Below, one piece after another: positions 26,254-38,498 of a stretch of 64,000 bases of DNA; within the stretch, counting starts at the first letter, position 1, and each line of letters starts with the position of its first letter. Location of the stretch: NCBI GenBank assembly GCA_040954595.2, contig CM082583.2:8182849-8246848 (forward strand). Direction: 5' to 3'. The translations under genes were made by a program, and so were the position numbers. The DNA is from Balanoglossus misakiensis. Its lineage: Eukaryota; Animalia; Hemichordata. The notes beneath the pieces were generated by a model. It searched no databases, had not been told where the DNA came from, and saw only the letters and a list, made by a program, of their open reading frames with translations.

Positions 26254-26552
26254 TTCTATCGTTATTCCAGCGATCACTTTGTTCCTCGAAAGCTCGCCGA
26301 TCTCAGCAGCACGCGTACGAATGATAAACGCTCTTTCAAGTACCCACCACAGACCTTTACGTTAAGTTTGCTGATTGGTCTAATCTTTGGTGGTACAATG
26401 TAAGAATAGATTTCATTGGTCATTCTTTTCCCTGCACATTCATAACTTGGAGGAAAGAGTTCAATCAACAAACCAACGAATACAGTGGGAGCAATATTCG
26501 AGAATCGCCTGTGTTGGTCGCGACGAGTGTTTTTGAAGTTTTTTCTACAAAA
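26254..26552. promoter_or_regulatory. Bidirectional promoter SUB1/SERF with CCAAT boxes
   Basis: Divergent ATGs are 300 bp apart. ATTGG occurs near 26374 and 26415. Confidence 0.5.
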
Positions 26553-27275
26553 ATGACACGTAAGTAAAGCGTCAAACTACCACAGTATACTTTTATGTAA
26601 TACCTTTCGACACGAATAATAAAAATAGACTTTCACCTGTAGTTAGTACGTCAATCTGCCACCAAAAGATCGGTGTATTGTTTGGATTATAATGCGGAAA
26701 CGACGTTGACGTCACAGTCAGTGCATAGACCCTAGTCAGTGTCACCATATTTCAACTCCGTCACTTCAGCTATTTTTATTTTGTTAACTGTTTCTGTTTT
26801 TCTCGCAATCGCATTCCCATTTTCTTTCTGACATGGAGAAGGTAATAATTTGCATCGTGTCACCTGTTTCAGGTGGAAACCAAAGAGACAAGGCCAGAGA
26901 AAAGGCACAGAAAAAACAACAGGATCACCAGAAAAAGAAAACTGCGGCAGCTAAAGAAGGCAATAAAGGAGTATCTTTAGAAAATAGAAAACAAAGGTAA
27001 AATGATTAACACCAGTTTTTCATCCAAATGTTAGCAAAACACCAGTACATTAATTTTTGCCTGCCTGTCGTGTGGATGAATACCACATCATGGCTGATGA
27101 TGCATTAATTAAGGTGACTGAACTGGTTCAATTTCACAACTGTGACCGAGTCCGTCTCTTCCAGTTAACATTTGTTTTTGCATATTTCTTTCATTGTGAC
27201 AGGGATGCAGATATAATGCGGCAAAAACAAGAAGCAGCAGCTGCTGCCGCTAAAGGTGCAAGTGGTGGGAAGTAG
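26553..27275 (+). CDS. SERF: Small EDRK-rich factor (SERF/4F5/MOAG-4), 3 exons (26553-26559, 26873-26996, 27203-27275)
   Basis: MT R|GNQRDKAREKAQKKQQDHQKKK...LENRKQR|DADIMRQKQ. The 7-nt first coding exon is typical of SERF genes. Largely missed by the ORF track. Confidence 0.95.
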
Positions 27276-28830
27276 CACGGCGATACTGTGTACACACACA
27301 CTGGGGCCTCGGAATCAACTTTCGTCAGATTTTCTACATTGGCTAAATTGATTAAGTTGCTGATAGAAACTATAGTACCAAGTGTCTCCTCTTGAACGAT
27401 ATCAATCCCATCTGCGTATATACTCGATCGTCAAATTATCTTTTTTTCCCCCCACACACGACACCCTTAATTTAATTTTTTTTTCACAGTTGATATCTCT
27501 ATATAAAAGGCAGAATTTTGTTGTTCCACTGTCAACCAAATTTTCAAAATGATAAATTGTTTCAAACAGAGGGATGATAACCATGTAGCTATGGTAGTCA
27601 CAGCTGATGGTCAGCTGAACAAAGTGAAGATCATGTGCTGTAACCCCAGACAATTCAGTTCATTATCCAAGACACATATGGTGTTTGATCTAAATTTGTA
27701 TGCAGAGCCACCCTCACTCTAAATTTGCATGCATAAAGAAGACATATATATATATACATGTCCAGCTGCTGTGAGCATCCACTCCAGAGTGCGAACAGCT
27801 TGCACATATTGAAGAGTTGACCACTGCTGCCAGGGAAACCATGTCCACTTTGTGCATGGGTGTGCGTTTTTTCCCCCACATGGAACACACGAGAGAAGAG
27901 AAACATTCACCCTTTTCTTTCGACTTCAATCAATACACCGAGTATGACAAAAAATTATCATGAGGCATAACAACACCAGGTGCCTTTTGATGCTTTGGTG
28001 GATCCAGTTTTCAAGCTAACTAAAAAAATACCATGTTTGAAACTGTGCAAATATTAAGATATTTTGTTCACCCTCGCCATGCAACAGTAGTGTAGGCAAC
28101 CATAAAATAATTCTAGATGTCAAGATTGTGTTTGAATTCTTGCAATCAGAAGAATATACAAATCAGTTGTCGACAAAAATAAATCATGCATTTAATTTAA
28201 TACAACTGTAGATCTTGTATTAGACTAACCAACATTAATATGTACATTTTTCAACAAAGTATTTTTCTATCGACTACTCTTATTTCTGTCACTCAGGTTC
28301 ACTTACATACATTAATTCATTGTAGTGTTTGTCTACTATCTGAAGTGTGTAATCTTTTACTTGCATGTTTCCTTCTACATGCTTTTTTTTCAAATAAAAT
28401 TAAGTATTTGAATATTACTATAGACATGTTGCTTGTTTTTGTGTTGATTCGTGCATATTTCAATCTTCAGCATATACATTTCAATGACACCAATGATTTT
28501 CCCAAATATTTAATGAAGTTGTATCTCATTTTGTTTTATTTTTGTCTGTTGCAAAATTAAAACTACAACCATGCAGAGTTAACAATTAAAATACTTTATT
28601 TCTTATGCATGAATACAGGAAATAAATATAGACTACCGGTAGTACATGTACAATGCTCTTACTATTAGATAGCTGTTTGCAGTGATGAAAAATGAAAGAA
28701 AAGTTGCAATGAACAATTCATGGTTTGCTGCAAGTCTCTAAAAACACAGTTGAGATCTGTTTAGTCTGTGATCATGGAAGAAGAGAGAAAAATCCAGTTT
28801 GATAAGAAAAAGTTTGAAATTCAAGTTTTG

Positions 28831-31241
28831 CTATCTTGTTGATTTTGCTGGCTTGCTGAATGAATCTTGATTATTGGGATGAGAAGCTGGTGATGATCTC
28901 GGTCTCCATGGCGAGCGGGCTGACTCCCTCTGTGGTGTGTTTGGCTGCGACCTTTCACCTTGTCTGGCTGCTTTCATTCCCTACAAGAAGGAAGAAGAGG
29001 GAACATGGAGAATATTTTCCTTTTATTTTCAGATTGAACTCTTGATACTGGGCTATGTTTCTTGCATTAGACAGGGATATCAACCTACATTGCCTTCGAA
29101 AATAATTCTCACCTGGTAATATCCGGTGTGATAACCACTCATGTACCACGAAATCAGCATAGAAAATAACGCATCTTCATCACCATCTAAAACATCCTGG
29201 GTAACTGCAGGTGGAGGAGGTATCGGAGGAATACGCTGGAAAGTAATTAACGGAAATGCAAATTAAAGAAAATTCTTTGCAAGCTGAGTCCCTTCACCAG
29301 ACATTATCAGGATAAATGCATATGCATCAGGTATGCATATGCATGATTGACTTACCGGAGGTGTACCAGGATACAATCCACTCGGCCATGATGGCCCAGG
29401 TCCATATGGAAATGGTTGAAAATAAGGCTGTAAGAAAACGATAAATGGTATGGTGAGCTGAACATGAAAGCAAGGTTTTAAATGTCATGAGCTATTATAT
29501 TTACTGCCAGGACAGGGAAAATTATCCATTACTCTACTTACACTCGTGAATGGATGCATTGATTGGAAATGTGGAGGAATTCTCGGAAAGGGAGCTGGAG
29601 GATGATGCATCCGGGATGGGTTGCCCTGGTAATGTGTCTGTCCTAGGCCAGGGCGAGCTGGACTCTGACTGGGGTCTGACCACTCCATTGGCTGGCTATC
29701 ATTCACATTCTGTGAAATAAAGATGCAAATATTTTGATTTCATAACGACATGGCAGAGTGCTGAGATATACTCCAGTGACTGGCTATGTATTAGACTATC
29801 ATGATGTATGCATCATGAGTGACATGATGTGCTTTAAAAAATCCTACCCTAGTACCTCATTTGGCAATGGTGGATTTTCCGATTCCGGTGGCAGTAATCC
29901 AGAGAGTTCAACGTTCTCTTCGTTTCCATAATCTGTGTACCTCACTAAGCAGGTCCCATTGGCAGCATCAATGAACTGTATGACGCAGTCGTAGATTAAA
30001 CCATCCTCCGTGTAGACTGCTCTACAGTGATCGCCTACATTCCACTGAAAAAGACATACAAACACTTCAAATTACATTTGCACATACACATGTACTCAAA
30101 ATACAAACCACAGACTGAGAAACAAAATCACCATGAACATTGTATGAAAACTGTGTCTGGTGCATGTACTTGGCAATTAAATTGAAAGTTTCACCCACCT
30201 TGGCCTTCTTTTTCTTTCTCTTTGATTTCTTTGCACTAGTGCCTGTAAATTTCTTCTTGTCTTGCAGTGGTGTCTTGCTGTGATCACTCGATTCGGCTTG
30301 TTCTGATGCAACTCCATTCTTTTCATTTTGTATCTCGTTCTGCAATCCATATAGAGAGGACAAAGAAAATGGTGATTCATTTAGTAATAACAGTGTACTT
30401 AAAGAATAGTATTTTCGATTCATTACTTTCTACAACGTACCTCAACTGCTCTGTATAATATTTGCCATAAGTCAACGATGGGATGCAACTGGTCAGACTT
30501 TGAACCACCATTGCTTACCTTCACTGCTTTGACTGCTTTATCATATGCTTTTATCAAAGCCTCATCATCCCACACATCGGAATCTTCACTCTGAAATTAA
30601 TAAAAAAAACACGTCAAAGACACTGTGCTCCCATTTGATAAGAATTGCTACATTCCTCTGTGCCATAATCGTCATCATTTAAAGTACAGTGTTGTACAAG
30701 TGATCAAATTAAATCAAATGGTCTATGCCTATTAAAAGCAAGCACCTGTATCATAGATTAAGAAGTGTAGTAGTTTTCCTAGATTTGTCAGTGCACTTGT
30801 TCAAGTTTCTACTTCTAGTGTGTTCAATTTCAAGTACCAATATAGTCAACAAACCTTTCTTTTCATTCGCCTACTCATCAACTTTGTTTTGTTGTCACGG
30901 TATGTGATGTGTAATGATCGATCACGTACTAATACAAGTGCAAGCTTATGACAGGCACTCTAATAGTTTTCTCTATCGAATCATATGACCATAAACACAA
31001 CTCCTGTGATTCACTTAGGTGGTGAAAAAAATGCACATGTGCATACATACACACTGAGGGGGCTCAAACACTTGGATCACACAAAATCGGGTACGTCAGG
31101 ATAACTTGTCGTTTGACTGGACGTGTTGTTAGCTCTTCTGTTTCTGAGGCAACTATTTGTTTTACCAACGGTCTGTGTTATTATTTGCTACGTTGACGAT
31201 GCGTTTACCTGATCACGCCTGAAGACTAAACCTTCTGCCAT
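28831..31241 (-). CDS. SMN: Survival motor neuron protein, multi-exon
   Basis: Gemin2-binding [20 protein letters not shown]. Tudor domain [26 protein letters not shown]...[20 protein letters not shown]. Pro-rich region, then YG box [20 protein letters not shown]|G. Confidence 0.97.
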
Positions 31242-31924
31242 GATGCTGGATGGTCAGCTGTAATGTAGCTTTCTTTTCTCAAAGTCACAAATAAGCTAGC
31301 ATCTGATTGGCTTAGAGAACTGATCCTTCAGCGAACCAAACTTACCGTTGTATAAACTGAAGAGGGCATCCCCGTATACCCAGCATGCAACAGCTGGCCA
31401 AGATGGACGAAGCGTAAGCGGAGAACAGCCGATCTGTTACAGTTTTAGTGCAGAAGTATCAAAGGTATGTTTAAATCACCCTCATTCTGTTATGTGGAGT
31501 ACATTGATAACTGCTGATATTCAAATTTTAGCAAAGCATAGGTTGTGTTGCAATTCACTACAATTGTATCTGCTGTGACACGCAAACCTCATTTCACATT
31601 TGTATATTCCGGAAGTACAGTCTGTTGTCTATGGTTCTGTGCCTAATGGGGAACGGAGGGAGTAGCAAAACTCTTGGGTGTTTGATAGCAACATGGAAGA
31701 AATAATGTAATGAACTATAAAATGGCAGATCGAGTAAGCAGAAAGCAATCCATTCAATTTCTCTTACTATATACTATTTTTTGGGTTTGTGTTGTAATAC
31801 CAGTTTCACTTTCAGTGATCATCGTAAACACTGAACATTGTAAAAGTACAGCTTTACATGTAAATTTACAATTGCTTGACAGGCACAGCTGCAGTTGGAG
31901 TTAAAACTAATTGCACATTGCAAC

Positions 31925-34900
31925 ATGGCGTACAGACCCGGCCAAGGTGGCTTTGGGAGCGCTCAGAACCAAATTTATCAAAACCCAGCAAGTGTCAGTG
32001 ACCAAGAGAAGCTTATAGAACAGAAGAAGAAAGAAATTGAACAGAAAATGGCTGAACAGAAGAAAAAAGAAGAGGAACAAAAAGCACAGGCTGAAAAGGC
32101 AAAGAAACCAGCAGAAATCAAATTTCAAATCAAGTCGTAAGTATTATTTGTTCCTAGAATAGTCAGTTTTAACTTTTATGCAGTTTGATATGTGTTAATT
32201 TCTAATGACTGGCAGTTCAGATTTATTAACAGAAGAAGAAAAAAAGAGAGAGAAAATATTGCAAAATGGGTTATAAATATCAGTAACTTTGTCCCTTAAA
32301 TTGGTGATTATGTTTTTCTTGATACTGTGTAGCCCACAGTCTTTGCAGCCGAAGCCTGAACCACCTAAGGTGAATGCAAATGTCTTCAGTAATGATGGGA
32401 GTTTCCTCGAACAGTTCAAGAAGATGCAACAGCAAATGAAGTCGAAAGATGGCATAAAGGTTGAAGGAAAGCCAGTAGTAAAATCTTCAGGTAAAGTATT
32501 TTAGACTGGTGTTCTAGATAATTTTTCACAAAAGGTTTTCCTTTGCCTGGGGACATTTTTCATGCTTTCTCAACTCAGTTGGATTCAAAAGTAGCTGAAG
32601 ATGTTTTGGATAAATTCATCATCAAAGTCAAACAGCATTATCACAAATTCCACCGGGAAAGAATCTAAGTTAAGCTAACTTTATCCTACAGAACAAGCAA
32701 AGTCAAGCCACACTCTGATTGACCACTTTCTTCTATCATTTTCAGAGTCAGATGCTTCCTCAGAATCACAACCACAGAAAAAGTTGCCTTTTATCGGAAA
32801 AAAACTTGGAGGTAGCGGTTACACGTCTATGGTGTCACAGATGAAACGATCCTCCACATCAAACCCCAAAAGTAAACTGTCCAGATCCGACGTATTTGAG
32901 GTTCCTGGTGACGAAGATGAGGAAAGAGAAGGGAAAGTAAAGATTGAACCTGGTAATTTGCTTATAAGTTTTCACATCAGCAGAACATTGGAGTCAAAAT
33001 CCTCCATATAAGCTGTCAATGCTATGATTTATCCAGTGTGAGTCTCGTAATATTTCTGCATTGTTGTCCCATCAAAAATCAAATGATAAAAAATACCAGA
33101 AATTAAGTAGTGGATTTGGAACGGGCAGCAGCCAGTGATTTGGGTGACAGCTTTGTTTCAACTTGATGACTGTGTAACTACTAGTATATGAAATCTCATT
33201 TTGAACACCGAAATGTGTGCTTGTACTTCCAAGCCACTGTACCAGCCAGTGGAAAGACCAATCCTTCACTGTTTTTGTTGTTGTTTGTTTTGGCCAATGT
33301 GTCCCTCCCTGTAGCCGTAAATGGCTTCTCCAGCTTGTGCTTGCTGTCCTCACGGTGCTTATAGGAGTACTTTAAGTTTCTTCGCCAGAGGATGCCGAGT
33401 CCAGGGAGATGTTAGAGCAACTGGCGGAGTTTGTGGCTAAAGGAGGCCCTGAGGTGGAGGAAATTGCCTTCGAAAGGAACCAAAACAATCCAGCTTTCTG
33501 GTAAGAAAACGTTCACCTATCATTCAGTAGGACATTACTACTGGTGTGCCTCTCATGCTACATTATCAGCATATTCTGTTTTAAACGTCTTATCAGTAAA
33601 TCTATATGCACAATGTCCTTCTGCTGTAATAAATGTCAAATGCAGTAGAAGTAACTGTGTGTTCCTATACTCTTGCAGGTTTCTGTATGAACCAAACAGT
33701 TGTGAATACATATATTACAAACATATGTTGAAAGAATTCAAGACACAACTAGCAAGGAAGAAAGTTCCACAAACTCAGTGTAAGTTTTGATGTGCTTGAT
33801 GAATATTTGAATTCGGTGGATGAGAGTTTATTACTGCAGCTGTACCCAATTACCAGCAATATCAGACGATGCAATTAATATCTCTTGCTGCCTTTTACAG
33901 CTAACACAGGTGGGCCACCTCGCGAGAAGGAAGGCGGTAAAAGAAAGCGTAAGAGCCGGTGGTCGTTTGAAGAAGAGACAAATGACGATGTCTCGGCTGA
34001 GAAAATAGCTGCCACAATGGATGTGAATCCTGCAGGAATGGTCGGAACAACTGTGCTGTCGGCCGATCAGCAACGGCAGCTGAGAGAACAACAAGAGGTA
34101 GGTCTTTCCATTCATGTCCCCCATGCAATCTGGCATATCTGCCACTTCTAGGCACAGCCCATAGTATTTGCTTATAAATGTATTTCTATGGCTTGTAAAA
34201 TTGTCACATCCAAGTTCAACTATGCATTTGGCTATAACCATACTACATCACTAACAAATCCTTCTTTTTTTTTAAAAACCCAACCCACTGAAAAGATTCA
34301 AAGAATGTATGAATCAATCAAGGCAAAGCAGCAAGCAGAGGCAATGGGTACGAGCATCAGCATGGGCCCGAGACCAGGCTATACGGGACCTAGACCGGGC
34401 CATGGAGGTAAAGGGAGGAAAAAAGAACGCAAACCGAGATACGAATACGACAGTGATGAAGACATAGATGGTGGCACTTGGGAACACAAGAAAAGAGCTG
34501 AGGAAATGCAGAAAACACAAGGTTGGTAATTTATAGAAGCAAAATTTATCAATTTATTTGTTCTTTGGGCCAACCACCCAATGAACTTACCTGATCACTT
34601 ACTCCTGTGTGATGTACAGTGGCTATGTGATTGGGCTGTGACTAAAAAAAATCCAGTTCTGTTCCATTGTGCAAGTGTACTTATAAGAAGTTCCGTATGT
34701 GGGTTACTATCCACAAATGATTCTAAGCCAAATGTTCATGTTTACAGATCTAGCGAAACAGCTCACGCACGTGAACAGAGGGAAACATTTCATTGGAGAT
34801 TTTTTACCGAAAGAAGAGCTTGAAAAGTTCATGGAGCATGTGAAAGCACTGAAAGAAGGTGGTACCCCGGATTTTTCTGACTACAAAGAGTACAAAATCA

Positions 34901-35509
34901 AAGAGGATAATATCGGTTATCAGATGTTGCAAAAAGCAGGCTGGAAGGAAGGCCAAGGTTTGGGATCTGAAGGACAGGGTATCACGCAGCCTATTAATAA
35001 GTAAGTATCAACCAAGATTTCAAGCACTGCACCTCTTACTCAGACTGTGCCTGTCCTATCATAACACTATGTGAGGGTGTGTTTACCCATAGAGAGAGTG
35101 TAGAGAAAGTTAAAAAATAATGCAAAAGGAGGTAGCTCATGATTAAATGCTTTGCACAGGATTGTGTTGTATGGCCAGATGAACTGTTACAAGAGTTTGT
35201 ATAAACTTAATCAGACACAGAATACTGAGTTGGGATCTGTCTGTTTGGTTGTAGGGGAAAGACGGCCATAGACTCCACTGGTTTAGGCACAGAGAAACCT
35301 GGTGATCTGCAAAAAGAAGACGACGAATTCGAACTGTACCGCAAAAGGATGATGTTGGCTTATCGATTCCGACCAAATCCTCTGGTGAGCATTTTAGCAC
35401 CTAATCTAAAACATGCATACGTGTATCATGTACTAGGGTTTGAACACATTCTTCTCATTTGTGGCTTTTCTTTCTGTTTCAGAACAATCCAAGAAGACCG
35501 TACTATTGA
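31925..35509 (+). CDS. SUGP1: SURP and G-patch domain-containing protein 1 (SF4), multi-exon
   Basis: [21 protein letters not shown] domain [19 protein letters not shown]...FLYEPNS, and RKRKSRW. Then [37 protein letters not shown]-patch [20 protein letters not shown], and C-terminus [24 protein letters not shown]. Confidence 0.97.
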
Positions 35510-36478
35510 ATAGGGCCCATACACGAAGTTCTGCATGATTGTCAACACTACCGTCAATTACATTTGAAATACACACACACACAAACAACTTGTTTAAAAA
35601 ACATTTTACGATCAGAACATTATTAGCACAGAATAGTGCCACACTTGAAACGCTTGCTGCTTTTTGTAGTGAATGAAGGGAATATGTGACACGTCTGTTC
35701 TGAATTTGGACCAAAGAATGCTGAGACGAAGTTTAGAATTTTATTATTAAACAGTTCTTTCCCATGAATTTGTGATACAATATCGTCTACTTTGCATAAC
35801 AATACTTTATAGTATAATGAGGTTATTATCCCAAAGAATTGCAGTGGCTTGTATTCTGACAGTACAATAGTGCAGAGTTCTTGCTATTTTATGAAACATA
35901 AGGCTGTTAATTTAGCCAATAATAAAGAAAACTGCCAAGTCAGCATTTTTTCTTGTTTTTCGTACAAGGAAAATCATTCATGGAATTTATCCCAAAATCA
36001 AACACTGACTATTATATACTCGCATATGTGCTGTGATGCATTCCAACACAACACAAATCTCTCAAAGGGGTATTGCATCACAATAGTGTTGACAGGGGTA
36101 GTCAGCTTTTTGGAATCATTCCTTTTTTTAATCTGTACATTATTATTACACACACAGAACACAGAAAATACTTGTGACTGTGAATTATATTATTAAAAGG
36201 CTTTTGTTACATCAAACCGGCCATTGCTCATTTTCCTGTCCAAGAAATGCTTCAAGACTCGCTGCAAAGTGACTTTCTGCCATTTATTATGCATGTCCAG
36301 TTCTAAAGGAGCATGGCTTATCATGATCATTCAATTGGAACTGTATGAGATGCTTTCGATGGTGTAGATTCCTTAGTGCAGATTCTCCCGTTCAAAAAAC
36401 GCCCATCATCCTAGTCTCGCTTGCCAGACCTCGCTTTATCCTTCGACGCGACAGCATAAAGCAGAGCCATACGAACAA

Positions 36479-37429
36479 TCATTTCTTCTTCGAATGACTC
36501 ATTAGATGACGCTTGAAATTGCCCCTGAAAGTGCACGCTTTGCCACATTCGCCGCACACAAATGGTTTCTCGTTGGAGTGAAACTCCTCCTTGTGGGCCT
36601 TCAAGCAGCTCCTGTCGGGGAACGTCTTCCCGCATTTGGTGCAGAGAAACGGCGCCTCCTTGGAGTGCACGTGCAGGTGGGCTTTCAAGTTGCTCTTGAA
36701 GGTGAAGGCCTTGTCGCACACGTTGCAGACGAACTGCCTGACGTCCGAGTGGACGTGCATGTGGGTCTTCAACTTGGAGCTCTGTCGGAAGCTCTTGCCG
36801 CAGAACTGGCACAGGAACGGCCGCTCGTCCGAGTGGATGCTCGCGTGGCTCTTCAAGGTCGGCCTGTCCTTGAAGGAGTCGCCGCATTCGCCACACACAA
36901 ACGGCCGCTCCCTGGAGTGGGTCCTCTTGTGAATCCGCAGGCCGGTCTTGAAGGTGAAGGACTTGCCGCACTCATCGCAATGGAAAGGTTTCTCCTTCGT
37001 GTGGATCCTGATGTGCGCACGCAGGGTGCAGGCGAAGGGGAAAGCCTTGCCGCAGTAGCTACAGACAAACCGTTTCTCCGCAGAGTGAATCTTCTGGTGA
37101 ACGCAGACGTTGCTCTTGTGTTTAAAACTTTCCCCGCACTCGGCGCACTGGAAGGGCCTGTCCTCGGAGTCGACCCACGTTTGAAGAGCCAGATCCCAGG
37201 CAGCATTATCTCCGTTCAGAGCGGTGTTTTCCATCGTGATATGACCGTTCTTTGCAAGAGTACCGATGATTAGGGCGATATCTGTTGGTTGATTAGAAAA
37301 TCAATTTGTGATTCTTTTGTCAGAGGTTGTTCATCATGTGTTAATTTAAAACCCAAAGTTACTTAAGGATGATATTGATTTCACTTACCACCAGCTGACA
37401 ATAGGTTATCTTCAAACTGATCACGCATC
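36479..37429 (-). CDS. C2H2 zinc-finger protein with 8 tandem fingers; 5' structure uncertain
   Basis: Eight CxxC...HxxxH units with SxE(K/R)PF-type linkers in one exon (~37281-36479). An upstream exon MRDQFEDNLLSAG (37429-37390) splices in frame. Confidence 0.85.
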
Positions 37430-37727
37430 TTCTCTCTTGATATTTCATATAGTCTGTGCAGTACATGTAACTGATTGGATTTTCTGTATTCATCACACAC
37501 TTGCGAGCACACTTCTGAAAGACGACCCCATAAAATTATCAACAAACACAGAAGTTTCAAATAAGAATTCGTTTTTTTTCTCTTTGTATTATTATCTTGC
37601 ACATGACGTACATGTACATGTAGTCATGAAAACAAACATACTAGTAAATCATGTACATTTCACATGTATTGTTTAGCTTGCGGTATCTGTTGTTTATCAC
37701 TATTAAAAGTGATTGCACAAACAGCTT

Positions 37728-37893
37728 TGGTACTCGGCAAAATTGATAGAATACGTACCACGGGTACAGGGGCTGACATCCTGCACTGACATCTTTGGAA
37801 ACTGGTACTTGGCAAAACTGATTGCATACATACTGCGGGTACAAGCCTTAGGCTTGGGGATGACATTCTGGGCTGACATATTTGTAAATTGGT
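37728..37893. repeat. Imperfect tandem duplication of a ~75-bp unit
   Basis: tggtactcggcaaaattgat...ctgacatctttggaaac versus tggtacttggcaaaactgat...ctgacatatttgtaaat. Confidence 0.8.
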
Positions 37894-38498
37894 CGCTGAT
37901 GGCGTCGTGTCAAGTCCGATTGAGGTTTACTGTATCACAACCGATTGAAATATGTAGTTTTAGTTTCTCATCGGATGAGAGAGCTTTTTCTCTCCGAAGT
38001 TCCCTTCGACGGACTTCTGATCTTCTACTAGTCGACCACACACCTTGATCGAATGTTCATTTCGTGCCTACAGAGTTCTATGTGTTCTCATTGCTTCGTG
38101 ACACCACGCATGCTCATTTGAGCTTTGAATGAAGGATCAGTGGGGTCACGAACTTTGACCTGATGGTTTCATTGAAGTATCCTATCAGGGATAACCCATT
38201 AAAATAGTGGGGAGGGCTTGGCGAAAAAAAAATGAGGCAAACTAGGGGTGGATAATTTGATATACAGAGGGCTTAAGAGAATAGTATATTTGATAAATTC
38301 TGCTGCATAATAATCTATAAGATGAATGTTTAATAGCTAAAATGTAACAGAAGTGTGTTGTCTGCTTGGGCTAACACTGGATATAATATCTGGTCAGAAG
38401 TAAATCCAAACAAGTAAATTTTTATAAACAATCACTTTATTCAAGCTTGTGATTTCAAAGTTTAAATAATATACAGATAAAAATCGATCTCCAACAAA

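Noticed and set aside
36411-37273. Long antisense (255 aa) and alternative-frame ORFs over the zinc-finger exon
   Set aside because: Explained by extreme GC3 codon bias depleting stop codons. No recognisable protein features.
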